Shown here: piece after piece, positions 1 to 13,363 of the stretch
Layout: every line of letters begins with the position of its first letter
Position numbering within the stretch: position 1 is the first letter of the stretch
Assembly (NCBI RefSeq): GCF_037042905.1
Contig: NC_087246.1
Span: 3,288,001-3,348,000, forward strand
From: Lytechinus pictus
Taxonomy: Eukaryota
Length of the DNA stretch: 60,000 nt
Reading direction: 5' to 3'
Notes under the pieces: model-generated
Database searches by the model: none
Told to the model about the DNA's origin: nothing
The model's input: only the letters and a program-made list of their open reading frames with translations
Translations under genes and position numbers: made by a program

Positions 1-258
1 GTAAGGCTTGAAGATTGCATTTATATGTTTTGCTTAATGTGTGCATTTACTGTGAGTCTGTAGGATAACAGTCACAGGAGCACCCATTATTCACATACCA
101 CTATATTCTCAAGTATGAAAGGGGCCTGAACTTCTCTAGTGATAATGAACCATTTTACCCAGGTTCAAAGTAAAAAAAAAAAAGAAGAGGTTTATATCAC
201 ATTTTTGTACCCAAGGCAGACAGATCTACATGCTGTGAAATGAAACCAAACTCACAAT

Positions 259-736
259 AGGTGGTTTCAGACCGCCTCGAAGTTCGCCAGTTCCAGGTAT
301 TCTCTGATCGGGAAATTTACCCCGATCAGAAAATACCAGGTATTTTGGCGGTCTGAAAGCAAACTACGCGTAATATCCCCGAAAGAAAATACCCGATAAA
401 TAGTAGGTACTTGGCGAAATTACGAGAACTTTCGCGGGGATTTTTCCAAGGTCGTGGGTATTTTGGCGGTCTGAAAGCAAATTACGGGAACTTTTAGCCC
501 AGCGTGTCGTTGGGTGCGGCGCCATGCATGGGTTGCTGCTGGGCTAGTGATTTTGAATTTCGCGCCTTGCTGCTTATCAGACCATACTGCGCATGCTCGT
601 AACTTCAGGAACTTATCCCGAAGGGTATGTTTCAGGGCGGTGTGAATGCAGGAATAATTAATGGGTATTTTTCAGCCTAAAAAAGTTCTCGTAATTTAAC
701 GGGGATTCTTGTGATCGAGGCGGTTTGAAACCACCT
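259..736. mobile_element. MITE with ~22-bp TIRs and 3-bp TSD (Harbinger/PIF-like)
   Basis: AGGTGGTTTCAGACCGCCTCGA at 259-280 and TCGAGGCGGTTTGAAACCACCT at 715-736 (1 mismatch). AAT flanks both sides. The internal repeat GTATTTTGGCGGTCTGAAAGCAAA occurs twice. Confidence 0.8.
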
Positions 737-1029
737 AATGGTTCATGTCAAACATAATTCCTATTACAGGCATGATGGGTCTTTAAAGGGGTTTTCAATT
801 TACTGTTTGCATTGTTTTTGTTCATGCTGGTTCTATTAACTTTTAAATACTGCGTCTTCATGGTCAAATATTTTTATGTTTGCAGTTGTGCACATTTATT
901 CACAAAAATAGTGTGTTTTCTTTCACAATAAAGTTTACTTCATGGATTTGTGACTAAGATTTTTTTTTACTTCCCTTGATGGAGTAACAGACCTACATGT
1001 AATGGCTGAATTATGAGAACAGGCATCAA

Positions 1030-1273
1030 ACCAGCCAATGTTTAGTAAAAAAAATCCTGTTTCTGTGTCTATAAATCAATCCTTTGCCCGATATAGCACT
1101 TAATACAATGTTTCTGAGAGGTGCATTACCCTGGCTTTACCATGCCTACCCTGATAGGGAGCCGTTCAAAGCATTCAAAGAATAACTTGGGGAGTGGCAA
1201 ATAAATGTGATTACTCCGGTGGGATATGAACCCAGGGCCTTGTGGTTAAAATTCAGTAGACTTATCCACTGAG
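1030..1273 (-). mobile_element. tRNA-derived SINE fragment, with its head split by a hAT-like insertion (continues at 2835-2850)
   Basis: Rejoining across the insertion gives minus-strand GTGTGGCTCAGTGGATAAG...GGGTTCATATCCCACC, i.e. Pol III A- and B-box-like motifs. The 3' boundary is approximate. Confidence 0.55.
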
Positions 1274-1374
1274 CAGGGGCGTCGATCCATTTTTCAGATG
1301 GGGGGGGGGGCAAAATCATGAATCAACGTTCTAAAGGTGCTCGATCACACAAAACACACACACACACATAGGCC

Positions 1375-1416
<42 letters not shown>

Positions 1417-2834
1417 ATCACAAAAGGTTTAGTAAATGCCGTAAAAATAAAATCGTAGATTTTAAAAGGAGCATAGCTCTCAAAAATGAAAGGTAAAGTC
1501 ACACTCTTCGTCAGTGTATATGTATATATATATGTTACATAGGTTATGTAGATTCGAATCAGTGATAGGTCAATACGCCATCACATGACCATAGCTGCGA
1601 GGATCGCATTTGTTATATTCAAGGTTTTGACGTCACCTCAGTGAATATAACAGCGTTGTATTGTCAATTGCAGCGTTGTATTCACTAAGGTGACGTCACT
1701 CGCTGCTTACAAGTTGTGTAATCAGGTAGTTTATTTGATGTACGCGCTAATGTTAACGCGTCGATTGCATGAAGAATGCGCTTTATGTATTTTCCAAAAA
1801 AAATTATATTATGACGTAGATGGATCAGAGCTGTAGCAAGAATTTCGGGTTGGAGCCAGATAATAAATGCAATCTCTGATGGCGAATCCACATAGACTAT
1901 ATAATAAAACAGATATTGCCTGGTCTATCTTTTTAATACATAACATTTAAACTCCCCTCCGAAGCTATATTTTTCCCTCGGGAGAATATTTTCCCTCAGT
2001 GCTGCGCGCTTTGGGCAAAATATAATCCCTTGGGGAAAATATAACTCCGTCGGGGAGAGGAAATGTTATATTCAAACTCTAGGTAGGCAATATCTGAGTA
2101 GAGACACAAATCTCACAGACAAACAAATCAACAAATTAATGCGAGCGCGAAGCGCGAGCTGAATTTTTTTACTATTCTGACCTGAAAACTGGAAAAAGGT
2201 ACCTGTTTAGGAGTGTTTGTAGTAACTCATGAGGAGGATACATATCTCACTACACAGATAATGTGAGTGCCGAATAATTTTTTTTATATTCTGACCTGAA
2301 AGCTTGATATTCTAAGCATTTTTGGTACCAATGATTAAGATGGGTATCTAAAACAACAATAGATATGAGCGCAAAGCGCAAGCTGAAATAATTTGATATT
2401 TCGATCTGAAAAAATTGACAGTTCAATTGATGTTTTTAACAAAGAACAAGATATATATCCAATTCAACAAAAGATTATTGCAAATCAAAGCGGGAGTTCT
2501 TTTGAGGTTTAAAACTGAAAACATTCTATTCACCTATTTAATCATGAAAAGTATAGGTTTTTGCTACAGAAATGATGCGAGCGCGAAGCGCGAGCTAAAA
2601 TTATTTACATTCCAATCTGAAAAGCGGACATTTTGAGCACGATTTTAAATAAAGAATGAGTTGTGTATCTCAATCTCGCTTGCTGATTTTGGTGTAACAG
2701 TACAATCTTATTTTATTTTTGCACATGCGGAATTATTGGGGGGGCAAAACGATATGTTTGCCCCCCTCCAATATTTTCATTGGTGGGGCCATCGCCCCCC
2801 TGCCCCCCCCCCCCCCCCAGGATCGACGCCTCTG
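1274..2834. mobile_element. Non-autonomous hAT-like DNA transposon
   Basis: TIRs CAGGGGCGTCGATCC / GGATCGACGCCTCTG, with a perfect 8-bp TSD CCACTGAG (1266-1273 and 2835-2842). Internal GCGAGCGCGAAGCGCGAGCT repeats, (TA)n tracts and an imperfect palindrome at ~1910-2097. Confidence 0.85.
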
Positions 2835-4992
2835 CCACTGAGCCACACCTTCTGTACATTTAATGTATAGCCTATAACTGGAGAATCAAAACTTAATCAT
2901 AAAAGTACTTTAAATTACTGAGGGTTAAAATGCAGGGTACTTGAAATTCATAATCATCCCTAATCAGATATATTAATATGAATTCTGCTCTTTGAGATAG
3001 AGATAGTTCATGGGTTACAAAGATTAGGGAATATGGTATACTTCAACAGGTCATAAGGATCAAGAATAATGAACCATATGATATACCCCACCCGCAAACC
3101 ATGAAATGTATTGAAATGAAAGAAAAGGGCTGAGATCTGACATGAAAAAGGAAGGGTGAACAGATGAAGTGCCAATATCTCTTTGGGATGAACTAGGAAT
3201 AGAAAATTGGGTCAATTAGGGCCTATACCCCAACCATCTTGTAGGTATCTCTAACATTTATTGTCACATTAGAAACCAAACAAGGTTTATCAGGACCATA
3301 TTTTACTACTAGAAATATTTATTCAAATCAATTATTTTAATCCACCCCCCCCCCCCCCACATCCCAAACAAATTGAGAATGCAGAAAATGAACATCATTT
3401 GGAACGTAAAGAAATAGGCATATTATGTAAGCATACAGTACAATGTAGGCCTACATAAAGACTCATTGAAAATTGGTATATTTTTAGGCACTGACATCTT
3501 GTGACCCCAAGTATGAAACATCTAGGTCTATGTACATCAGATACCAGGGAACTTCAAAAAGAAATGAATCCCGCCAAAAAACTGCACTTCCCAGAACGCA
3601 TGCACCTCACCTTTGGAGTTTGGCCTGATGAAATTTAACTATTCATGATAGGATAAGGGCAGGGGTGGGGATCGAGTGGGGGGGGGCAGATATATACTCA
3701 CCTCGAATTCCTGACTTTACCTCTCCTCTCCATTGACTGTGTGAGATGAAAGAAAAGAAAGGGCTAAGAATAAACCATTGAGTAGTAGCAAAAATCATCA
3801 GAGAAGTCAAACTTTGGATATTACATGTAAACAGAGAGGAAACACTACCAAGCAGGGTTATCACTTCAACAAACACACCATATTGATTGAGAGCAGTGTC
3901 TGAAAGGCCCCCTTCAGACAAAACAAACTTGTAAAACTTGCTCAATTGTGCAGAAACACACATGAAACTAAACGAAGGACTTTTTAAAGAAACACACATA
4001 TAAAAATTTGGCAAGTTCTTGGAAACAGAAATGGGAAACAAAAGGTAGAGGGCTTTGATTTATCATTATAAAACTATATTCATAACAAAAGTATTCATTT
4101 TTATTTCTAAATTAAGACAGTGCTCAATGGCTAATTTTAATGAGTGTGATTGAGTTGCTTCAATGACATTATTGCCATTTTCCGAAGCAGATGTCAGGCA
4201 AGGAAATATATCTGCATAGATGTACAATTATTTCTTACAGTCTAAACTGGGAGAAACTGACAAAAAATGGCTAACAAACAAGAGATACTAGTTCAGTACT
4301 TCACAGGAATACAAAGGTAGATAAGAAATGAAAGAAATTAAGGGGCAAAGGCCAAATTTGGTAGGAATGCCAAAATGTATTTGAATTTGAATACATGGCT
4401 TCATTACTGACTCAATGCCAGGGTGCTAAAATGAGGTTGTATTTGATTTAGTCATGATGAGTAAACTTCCAATTTTAACTTGACTGCTTGACTGTATCTT
4501 CAAAGTGAGTAAAGACATTCTTGAGAATGACGGAAATATAATCTTTAATCTGCAGAATTTTTAGAGGAAGAATCTTATGAAGAGAGAAGTAAAGAAAGAA
4601 AGACTAAAGAAAGAATGAAATGGTAAACAGAGGAAAGAGAAATGCGGTGTAACTAAATAAACATGATGTACCATAGGGTGATATCTGGAAAGATGAAGAA
4701 TGAAGGAAAGAAATACAGCAGAACACTTAATAATGAAGTTGATTAGGAGTGTGATTGTACAGTCAAAACATGGAAGGACACACACAAGCAAATGAAGAGT
4801 AAAAGAATGAGACATATTAATATTAATCAGTATAGATATGAAGTGCACACACACACACATCATCCAAAGATACTCATGGTACGAGCTCAAAGACAATTGT
4901 CTTGTAATAAAACTACATTTACCTCGACAACATGTAGGTAAAGATACATACATTACATTTATTGAAATAAAAATAACCGTACCATAGCTAGC

Positions 4993-5285
4993 AAGGGGGG
5001 GGCACTCAAATTATATTTTGATGGGGGTGTGCCTCACAAAACCCTTAAATGAGGATCTAAGGAACAAGGATACAAGGTTTTGGATACAGGGTCTTGGGAA
5101 TTGAATATATACTGGGCAGTGTTTTGTAACAGGGGTCTTGCGAGCGGGGCGGGGCTGCTTCTGAACGGAACTTTTGTCATTCAGAGTATCTACAGAAGTG
5201 AAAATTTGGTCTGAAAAAAGGGGGTCATCAAAGCGGCACGTCCCTGTACCACCAATATTATATGTGAGTGCCCCCCCGCCCCCCG
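4993..5285. mobile_element. Short non-autonomous DNA transposon (GGGGGGCACTC-ended family)
   Basis: GGGGGGGGCACTCA ... TGAGTGCCCCCCCG inverted ends, with AGCTAGC repeated on both flanks. Same end type as 26369-27063. Confidence 0.55.
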
Positions 5286-6554
5286 AGCTAGCTACATACC
5301 TTGTGTTAGTTTAGAATGTTACGTTCACATAGCTTTTTTCAGATAATAATAAAACAGATCAATCACACTTGTAACAATGCATTGACACGGCATGGGATTT
5401 TTATGCCAAAATTAATTGAATCTTATTTTTCACTCAATACTATGACAATATGAGAAATATTGCTGGCAGGATTTTTCAGTCATTCCCTTCACAGCATTTC
5501 ATATGGTCATAAATTCAGTACTGACAAAAATAAAAATTTGTATATAAATGACTATTTAGAAAGACATACTCCAAAGTTCACTTCTGTATTCATGTCTGGT
5601 AAATAACACCCAAAATTTGCACGTCAGAGATTTTTATAATGTTCAGAAGAGACAAGAAACTGTGGGAGAGAAACATTCTGATATAAAGAACAAAAAATAG
5701 CAAATAGTTTTATTACTAAAGAAAAATGAAACTTACAAAATTTCTGATAGTTCTCCAACTTCTCCAACCTGCAACAATTCAAATAAAAAAATGCATGAGG
5801 AAAAAAATAATTTCAGATTTATTTAAAATTACAACAAAAAAATACATCAGCGTATTTTAACTAAATCAAAGTCACTTGAGAGTATGGTTGACATTCATAT
5901 AGATATATCTGAGTTTGTTTTATGAATGTGATCAGAAATCTATACAAATATTAAACAAAGTGTGACGTTTCAATTTCAAATAATCAATTTATACTAACAA
6001 CACAAATAATGGCTATAAATATTCAAATTAATCTTATGACTGATAAAATGAAAATTTTCAATAAATTTGTAGAGGATTGGAAAGAGTTTAATGGATAGTT
6101 TTGTACCACAACTAACTATGACTTAGTCATTTATTTCTTAGTCTACAAAATGCATATTTTCAAAATTGATACTCCTTTGCAAAGTTTCTGCATTGGCTGA
6201 ATCAGTACCTGCAGTATCAATATTCTGAAAATGATCTGTAAAATTTGTTTTTGTCACGTTTTGTTTTTGTCACGTTTGCATTCATGATTAGATTTGGAGA
6301 ACAAGAAAAGAAAGAACTAAAACTCAATTTATTTTTCATTTGCATTTACTTTAGCCTGTAATTACATGTTTTCATTCTTGTGAATCTTGTGAATAACCAA
6401 CAAGAGAACATTATTAATGGTCTAATAATTTACCCAATATCTACACTCTAAAAACACAAAAGGCAAAATAGCATGAAAAAGAGCTACGGTGTGACAGCGT
6501 TTCCCACCCTCATTAAAAATGCTGTCCCTCCTGGGGCCCTTTTAATGGGTGGGT

Positions 6555-6941
6555 GGTAAATTGTCCACTGCCAACTCGTCCACTCACCACAAGGTCTACT
6601 TTCATTTAGCCCGTACATCAACATTTTGTTTACCAACCATTTGGTCCAATCATCACTTCGTCTAATCACCAGTTCGTCTACGACCATTTCATCCCATAAC
6701 CAGTTGGTCTATTATTCGTTTCATTTTCATTCATTTTGCCCAATTAACACTTATTAGACCAAATGGTATATGGACTAAATGACTATTGGACCAACTGGTT
6801 ATTAGACGATATGGTGAGTGGACAAAATGGCAATTAGACCTTGTGGATATTGGACGAACTGATGGTAGACCAAATAGTAGACGAATTGGCAATTGGATGA
6901 ATTGGTATTGGACCAAATGAAAATAAACGAGTGGGTTACCC
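6555..6941. repeat. Foldback-type repeat built of TTGGTC/GACCAA motifs (likely non-autonomous DNA transposon)
   Basis: The left half is rich in TTGGTCT/TCGTCC units and the right half in the complementary AGACCAA/GGACGA units. Ends not resolved. Confidence 0.45.
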
Positions 6942-8014
6942 CTTTATCATTGTACTAGATGTGCGGCTATGTAAAAACATTCATCCAAGAAATAATGTTA
7001 AATTTGATGTGCCATCGATCATGGTTGAGTTTTAAGCCTTTGTGTTGACTTTGACAGAAAGCCCACTCTATCACAATGAAAGATTTCTAGAATAATTTTT
7101 TTCTATATGTCATAGAATATCAAGGCAGAGTCTCCTGGAAGATAAATTGAGTGAGGAGAAAATTAATGAACCAATTGTAACTTTTAAAAAATCAATTTGT
7201 TTCATGCTTGAAAATCTGCTTATCAATTATACCACAAAAAGGGGGAAAATCCGGAAATATGCAGTTTTTTTAAATTCCAACCATGATAAATTTTCACGTT
7301 GAATCGCAATACATATCCTCTAAAACCAGGAGTTTGACTGATCCAAGGCCAATAAAGAGGATGGACGGCCTTTCTATTGGCCTCCCCTCTCATTGACTTG
7401 GAAATTTGTTTTGCTCTGTAGAGCTATAATTCTCGTCTCTTTTTGTTCTGAAATATAGAAAAGCAGCCTTGCCCCCACCCCCAACTAAAAAATAAACCTT
7501 ACAGTACACCTACATTATCTGGACCATAATAGTCTCACCTAAAAGCATAGTACTACATGCATCAGTTTTATGATTTTTGTAATTTTCATCATTTAAATAC
7601 CCAAATTTTCTGATTTATATAATACCTATTAGAGGTTTGCCAAAACATCACATTCTGAGTTTTTCATTGAAATGTTCAAAATGAGATATTTTGTGAATGG
7701 TGAAAATCTTAGAAAAATATTATGCTGCTAACATGATTGACAGACAGGGTTTTCACTTATGCATCTAGTTTTGTTTTATTGTATTTCGATTTGATTTTCA
7801 TAGCTAGATTTCACTCTATTTTTCCTAATTCAAATACCTTTACCTGTCCTGAAATCTTTGTTCTGTGAAATTCTGAGTTCTTCGTAAATTCCAATTTCCA
7901 TGAAACTTTTTCCTTTTCTGTTTTACAAAACACCGGGTACTCTAGTTTCAAAATGCATAAACAGAAATACTGGAATGGTGATCATCACTTACTGAGATTT
8001 AAAATGTAGACCTA

Positions 8015-11000
8015 TAGTCCAGGATAGGCCCCATAGAAAAGGGGTCGAACCTTGTTTTTTTAGATATACAATGTTTTTTTATGGTTTCTTGTCAATTCGA
8101 GGGTGCTGATTCCGAATCTGAATGATGCCACTCTTGTAACCTTGAGCATTTTCCGCAAATTGGCAAAATCCAATATGGCCGCCAAAATATGCAAATTACC
8201 CATGAAAATCATAAAATTGCCAACACATTGGCTATAAAATGCATGTAGTTGTGCAGAAGTGAAATACCAATTGGAAAAGCGATATTTGACAAAATATTTA
8301 TTTAATTGATATTCAAAATGGCCGCCATAACCCCTGTATTACTTTATTATGTAGAATATGAATGGGGAAATATTTTTTCAAACAAGAGCACTATTATTGC
8401 ATGTGATTGTGACCTGCGAGTGGACTACTGTCTGAAAACATGACTATTAACAAAACTATGTCATTTGTATACTATCTAATGTGATAAATGCTGTATTATG
8501 ATATTCAAAATGGCTGTCATAGACCCCTTATACTGTGTACAATATATAAAAGGGGACAAATAATTTTCACAACCTTTGAATTTGTTTGACTTTAAAATGC
8601 CAATAACTGCGAAATATTGGTGTAACACTGTCTGACAACAAGGATTTCTAACGAAACATATCATTTCCCTTGCAACTTCGATAATTATGCTGCATGTTGA
8701 CATTCAAAATGGCTGCCATAGGCCCTATCTGTATTATGAACAAAGCGAATGAAGAAACTAATTTTCACAAGAGTAAAAACAATAAAATGAATGTAATTGT
8801 AATCTATACGAGTGAAATATTGTCTAAACACATGATTTCTGGCGAAACATATCATTTCATTTTTCATGCATGAGATAAATGCTGCATTGAAAAATTCAAA
8901 ATGGCCCCTATGGGCCCTTACAGTATTATCTACAATGTAAATGGGGACAAATACTTTTGAAAGAATTAGGATTTGCCTGACTATGAAATCCATATAATTC
9001 TGTTGTATAAGGAAAATATTGTTTGAAAACGTGATTTTTTTAATGAAATATAACATTTCCTCTCCCATAGGTGATAAATACTGTATTTTGACTTTCAAAA
9101 CGGCCGCACAAGCCCCTAAAAATTCTGTAACATGCGTATAGGGAAACTAATCATCACCAGAATGAGAACCAAAAACGCACGTAACTATGTGATGTATAGG
9201 TAAAATTTGGTCTTGAACATGATTTCTGACTAAATACATCACATAATGGTTGAGAAGGTAATATGGGCCTTACTTTGAAATTCAAAATTGCTGCCATAGC
9301 CCAAAGTAGTATGTACATTTGGGGACAGATAATTTTGACAAAATTTTTATTATGAAAATGGCTTAATTTTGATGTAAGTGTTAAGTATTGTCTAAACCCA
9401 ATGATTTCTAACGAAATATATCATAGCTTGTGTCATAAAGGTGATGAATGCAGCCTTTTAAAAATGAAAAATGGCCGCCATAGTCCCTTATCTTAATATG
9501 AATTGAATGGAATTGAATTGAATTGAATTGAATTGAATTTATTAGAACTTCACTGGCAATTGCCAGTATTTTGTTCATAACAAGAAGTACAAAATAATAC
9601 AAGACAAATATACAATGCTACAATATGTAAAATTTGAATGGGGAAAGATAATTTCCACAAAGAAACATATTGCAGCCATTTTGAAATTTAAATATAGCAT
9701 TTATCACCTAAATAACATAACAAATGATCTATTTGGTTACAAAATCATATTTTCAGACGATATTTCACTCATACATGCAACACCATTTAGTCAAGCAAAG
9801 CCAAATTCTGTTAAAATTATGTTCCCATTCACAAAGTACATAATAGGCCTACCGTTACGGCCTGTAGCGGCATTTTGACTTTCAAAATACATTATTTATC
9901 ACCTACCTGGCAGAATGAATGATATATCTTGTTAGGAATTATGTTTTCAGACAATATTTTACTCTTAAATCACAATTATATGCATGTTATGGTGCTGACT
10001 CATGTGAAAATTGGTTTCCCAGATCGATTGTACATAATACAGTCAATGTCTTTTGGCGGCCATTTTGAAAGTCAAAATACAATATTTAACACAAATTTAA
10101 TATGAAACCCGAATAATATATTTCGTTGCAAATTATATTTGAAGACAGTATTCCACTAATTTACCACAAAAAAATACGTTTTAGTGTTCACCTTGTGATT
10201 GTTTTTGTCCTCTCTCACATCGTAGATCATAATTTTAGGGCCTTTGGCGGTCATATTAAATATCAAAATACAGGGTTTATCACATACATAGCATGTTAAA
10301 TAATAAATTTCGTTAACAATAATGTTTTTAGTCAGTATTCCACTCGTTCATCTCAACAAAATGCATTTTAGTGCTCACTCTTGTGATTTTTTGTGTGTCA
10401 CCATTCACATTGTACATAATAGTGTTAGGGCTTTTGAAGGCCATTTTGAATATCAAAATACAGGATTTATCACATAACTGACATAACAAATGATATATAT
10501 CGTTAGCAATCATGTTTACAGACATTGCTTCACTCATAGATCATAATTACTTGCATTTCAGTGCTCAATTTTGTAAAAATTAATTTCCCCCATTCATATT
10601 GTACAGGGGTCTATGATGGCGGCCATTTTGATATCAAGAAAATAAATATTTTGACAAAAATCATTTTTTTCAGATATTATTTTACTCCGGCAGCACAATT
10701 GCATGTACTTTAAAGCCAATGTGTGGACAATTTTATGATTTTCATGGGTAATTTGAATATTTTGGCGGCCATATTGGATTTTGCCAATTTGCAGAAAATG
10801 CTCAAGGTTACACGAGTGGCATCATTCAGATTCGGAATCAGCACCCTCGAATTGACAAGAAACCATAAAAAAACATTGTATATATAAACAAGTGGAATGC
10901 CTCTGGCCGTCTCACCTGCATCACGCGATTCAATATAGCAGCAGTGCTGATTTTGAAAACTACTATAACTCGCACAAGATGTTCAGTGATACTTGGTTAC

Positions 11001-11874
11001 TCTTATTTCCACGTTTTATGAACTAGACCAATACACTTATAGAGATATGATGGCAATTCAACAAATACCCCCAACGTGGCCAAAGTTCTTTGACCTTACA
11101 TGACCTTTGACCTTGATCATGTGACCTGAAACTCGCACAGGATGTTCAGTGATACTTGATTACTATTATGTCCAAGTTTTATGAACTAGACCAACACACT
11201 TTCAAATTTATGGCTGTAATTCAACAAATACCCCAATTTGGCCAAAGTTCATTGACCCTAAATGACCTTTGACCTTGATCATGTGACCTGAAACTTGCAC
11301 AGGATGTTCAGTAATACTTGATTACTATTATGTCCACGTTTCATGAATCAGATCCATAAACTTTCAAAGTTATGATGGTAATTCAACAGATACCCCCAAT
11401 TCGGCCAAAGTTCATTGACCCTAAATGACCTTTGACCTTGGTCATGTGATGTGAAACTCATGCAGGATGTTCAGTGATACTTGATTAACCTTATGTATAA
11501 GTTTCATGAACTAGGTCCATATATTTTCTAAGTTATGATGACATTTCAAAAACTTAACCTTAGGTTAAGATTTTGATGTTGATTTCCCCAACATGGTCTA
11601 AGTTCATTGACCCTAAATGACCTTTGACCTTGGTCATGTGACATGAAACTCAGGCAGGATGTTCAGTAATACTTGATTAACCTTATGGCCAAGTTTCATG
11701 AACTAGGTCCATATACTTTCTAAGTTATGATGTCATTTCAAAAACTTAACCTCAGGTTAAGATTTGGTGTTGACGCCGCCGTCGCCGCCGCCGTCGGAAA
11801 AGCGGCGCCTATAGTCTCACTCTGCTATGCAGGTGAGACAAAAAACAAGGTTCGACCCCTTCTATCCTGGACTA
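8015..11874. mobile_element. Academ-like non-autonomous foldback transposon with long TIRs
   Basis: Termini TAGTCCAGGATAG ... CTATCCTGGACTA with a 3-bp TSD CTA (8012-8014, 11875-11877). Inverted arms of over 250 bp (about 8040-8330 vs 10610-10888 plus 11841-11874). Repeated AAAATGGCCGCC in the left half is mirrored by GGCGGCCATTTT in the right half. Confidence 0.75.
10887..11842 (-). mobile_element. Helentron-associated (HINE/DINE-like) non-autonomous element with central tandem array, nested in the Academ-like right TIR
   Basis: Inserted in an A/T run with no TSD. Subterminal inverted repeats GTCTCACCTGCAT (10909-10921) / ATGCAGGTGAGAC (11827-11839). About 5 tandem units of 160-190 bp (GATGTTCAG at ~10978, 11142, 11303, 11466, 11658) and a (GCC)n tract near the end. 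Confidence 0.7.
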
Positions 11875-12393
11875 CTACTTAGTAGAGGACCTTGTATTAG
11901 CCTACATACACAGCTAAGCATGACAACACCCCTTCTCCTTTTCTCTTTGCTTGATTTCGGTAAATTGGGGGAATTAAGCTCTATTTAAAATTCCTCGTAT
12001 TGTTAGCCCTATCTGAAACCGTTTGTCATTTGTCTGGGCTTGTTCTGCTGAATACAGCATAAAATTGGTTTCTCAAATAATTATCCTTGGCAGGTTAAGT
12101 TTGCATATACAGAAAAACCATTCAACCATGCCCCTGAGTTTGTCCCCCTACTCCTGAAAGAAAACCCAACAATGATTTCATCTCATTTTATAGGGCATAA
12201 TCATGTTATACAGAGGAGTTACTAAACCGAACCATCACTACTACTCAACAAAACAGGGAAACTAACAGACAATGAAAATCTTGACCTCTATTGAAAGTTT
12301 CTTATAGTTAAAATGAGAGGAAGAGAGAGAGAGAGAGAGAGAGTAAAAAGAGGTATTAAAAGAGTAATACCCGTTTCACACCACTTTCTTAAT

Positions 12394-12557
12394 CCTGGGG
12401 AGCGTTTCATGAAAGACATGTCAGACGTTTTATCCGACAAGTCCCGTTATATCCGACAGTTGCTATGGTAACCTTGCCCCTCAGCCAATCATAATGGAGG
12501 AAAGTTGTCAGACCTGACAACTTGTCGGACGAAAATATTGATGAAACGCTCCCCTGG
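12394..12557. mobile_element. Small MITE
   Basis: GGGGAGCGTTTCAT ... ATGAAACGCTCCCC inverted ends around a palindromic core. Confidence 0.6.
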
Positions 12558-12581
12558 ACTATTGTTAAACCCATACTATCT

Positions 12582-13363
12582 TTAAAGGAGCTGAAAATAT
12601 CAGTATCTAAATAGAGTAAATTATTCACCAAGAAAAACACTAAACATTTCATCAAAATTTGATTAGCAATAACAAAGTTTAAAGTTAAGAAAAACAGTTT
12701 AATGCATGCTGTCATTAAGATGTACATTATAAGGTGGGCTAATGATGTCATATCCCAACTTTCCGTTTTCTTATGTGTTTACATGTAAATAACCTTTTCA
12801 TATTTTCACACATGTGCGTATATGTCTCTCTTGTAACAAAATATGTTCAGCAATGATAATTCAGTTTCGCTGATTTCACAAAGCAGTTATATCCACAAAT
12901 TGGTTGATATGCAAATGAGGGGACTGGTTACATCATCCACTCACAATTTCTTTTGTTTTTCATTAAATAGTAAATATTCAAATTTTCTCCAAATTGTCAT
13001 GTGAAACAAATTTTATTTCTCCCTCAACATGTGGAATTACTGTTGTTTTAACATTCTACGGTTCTGTCAAGTTTGTCAATTTTGTCAAATCTGTACAACT
13101 TTAATATTGTATAATTCAAACAATTAGAAAAAAAATTAGTGAGAAACATCGTCAACTCTTTCATTAGTATCACTGAGTTGTGCCATTGACCTAGTACATG
13201 TAGGTACATGGTTGTGCATAAATGTTTTGTGAAAAAAATAAAACTTTCAAATTTAATAACTTTATTTTACAACCGATTTTGATGAAATTTTAAGCAATAA
13301 GCTTGTTTGACTTTTCTCTATTGATTAAAACCAACACTTTTCTAGGGTCGACTTGACCTTTAA
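12582..13363. mobile_element. Kolobok-like MITE (degenerate)
   Basis: TTAAAGG ... GACTTGACCTTTAA ends. Contains the CATCAAAAT / ATTTTGATG arms shared with the copies at 27589, 45702 and 56380. Confidence 0.6.

Noticed and set aside
3580..4960. Plus-strand purine-rich exon-like segments (and a GTAAGG donor-like start at position 1)
   Set aside because: Candidate frames hit stop codons and no recognisable protein emerges, so a CDS cannot be supported.
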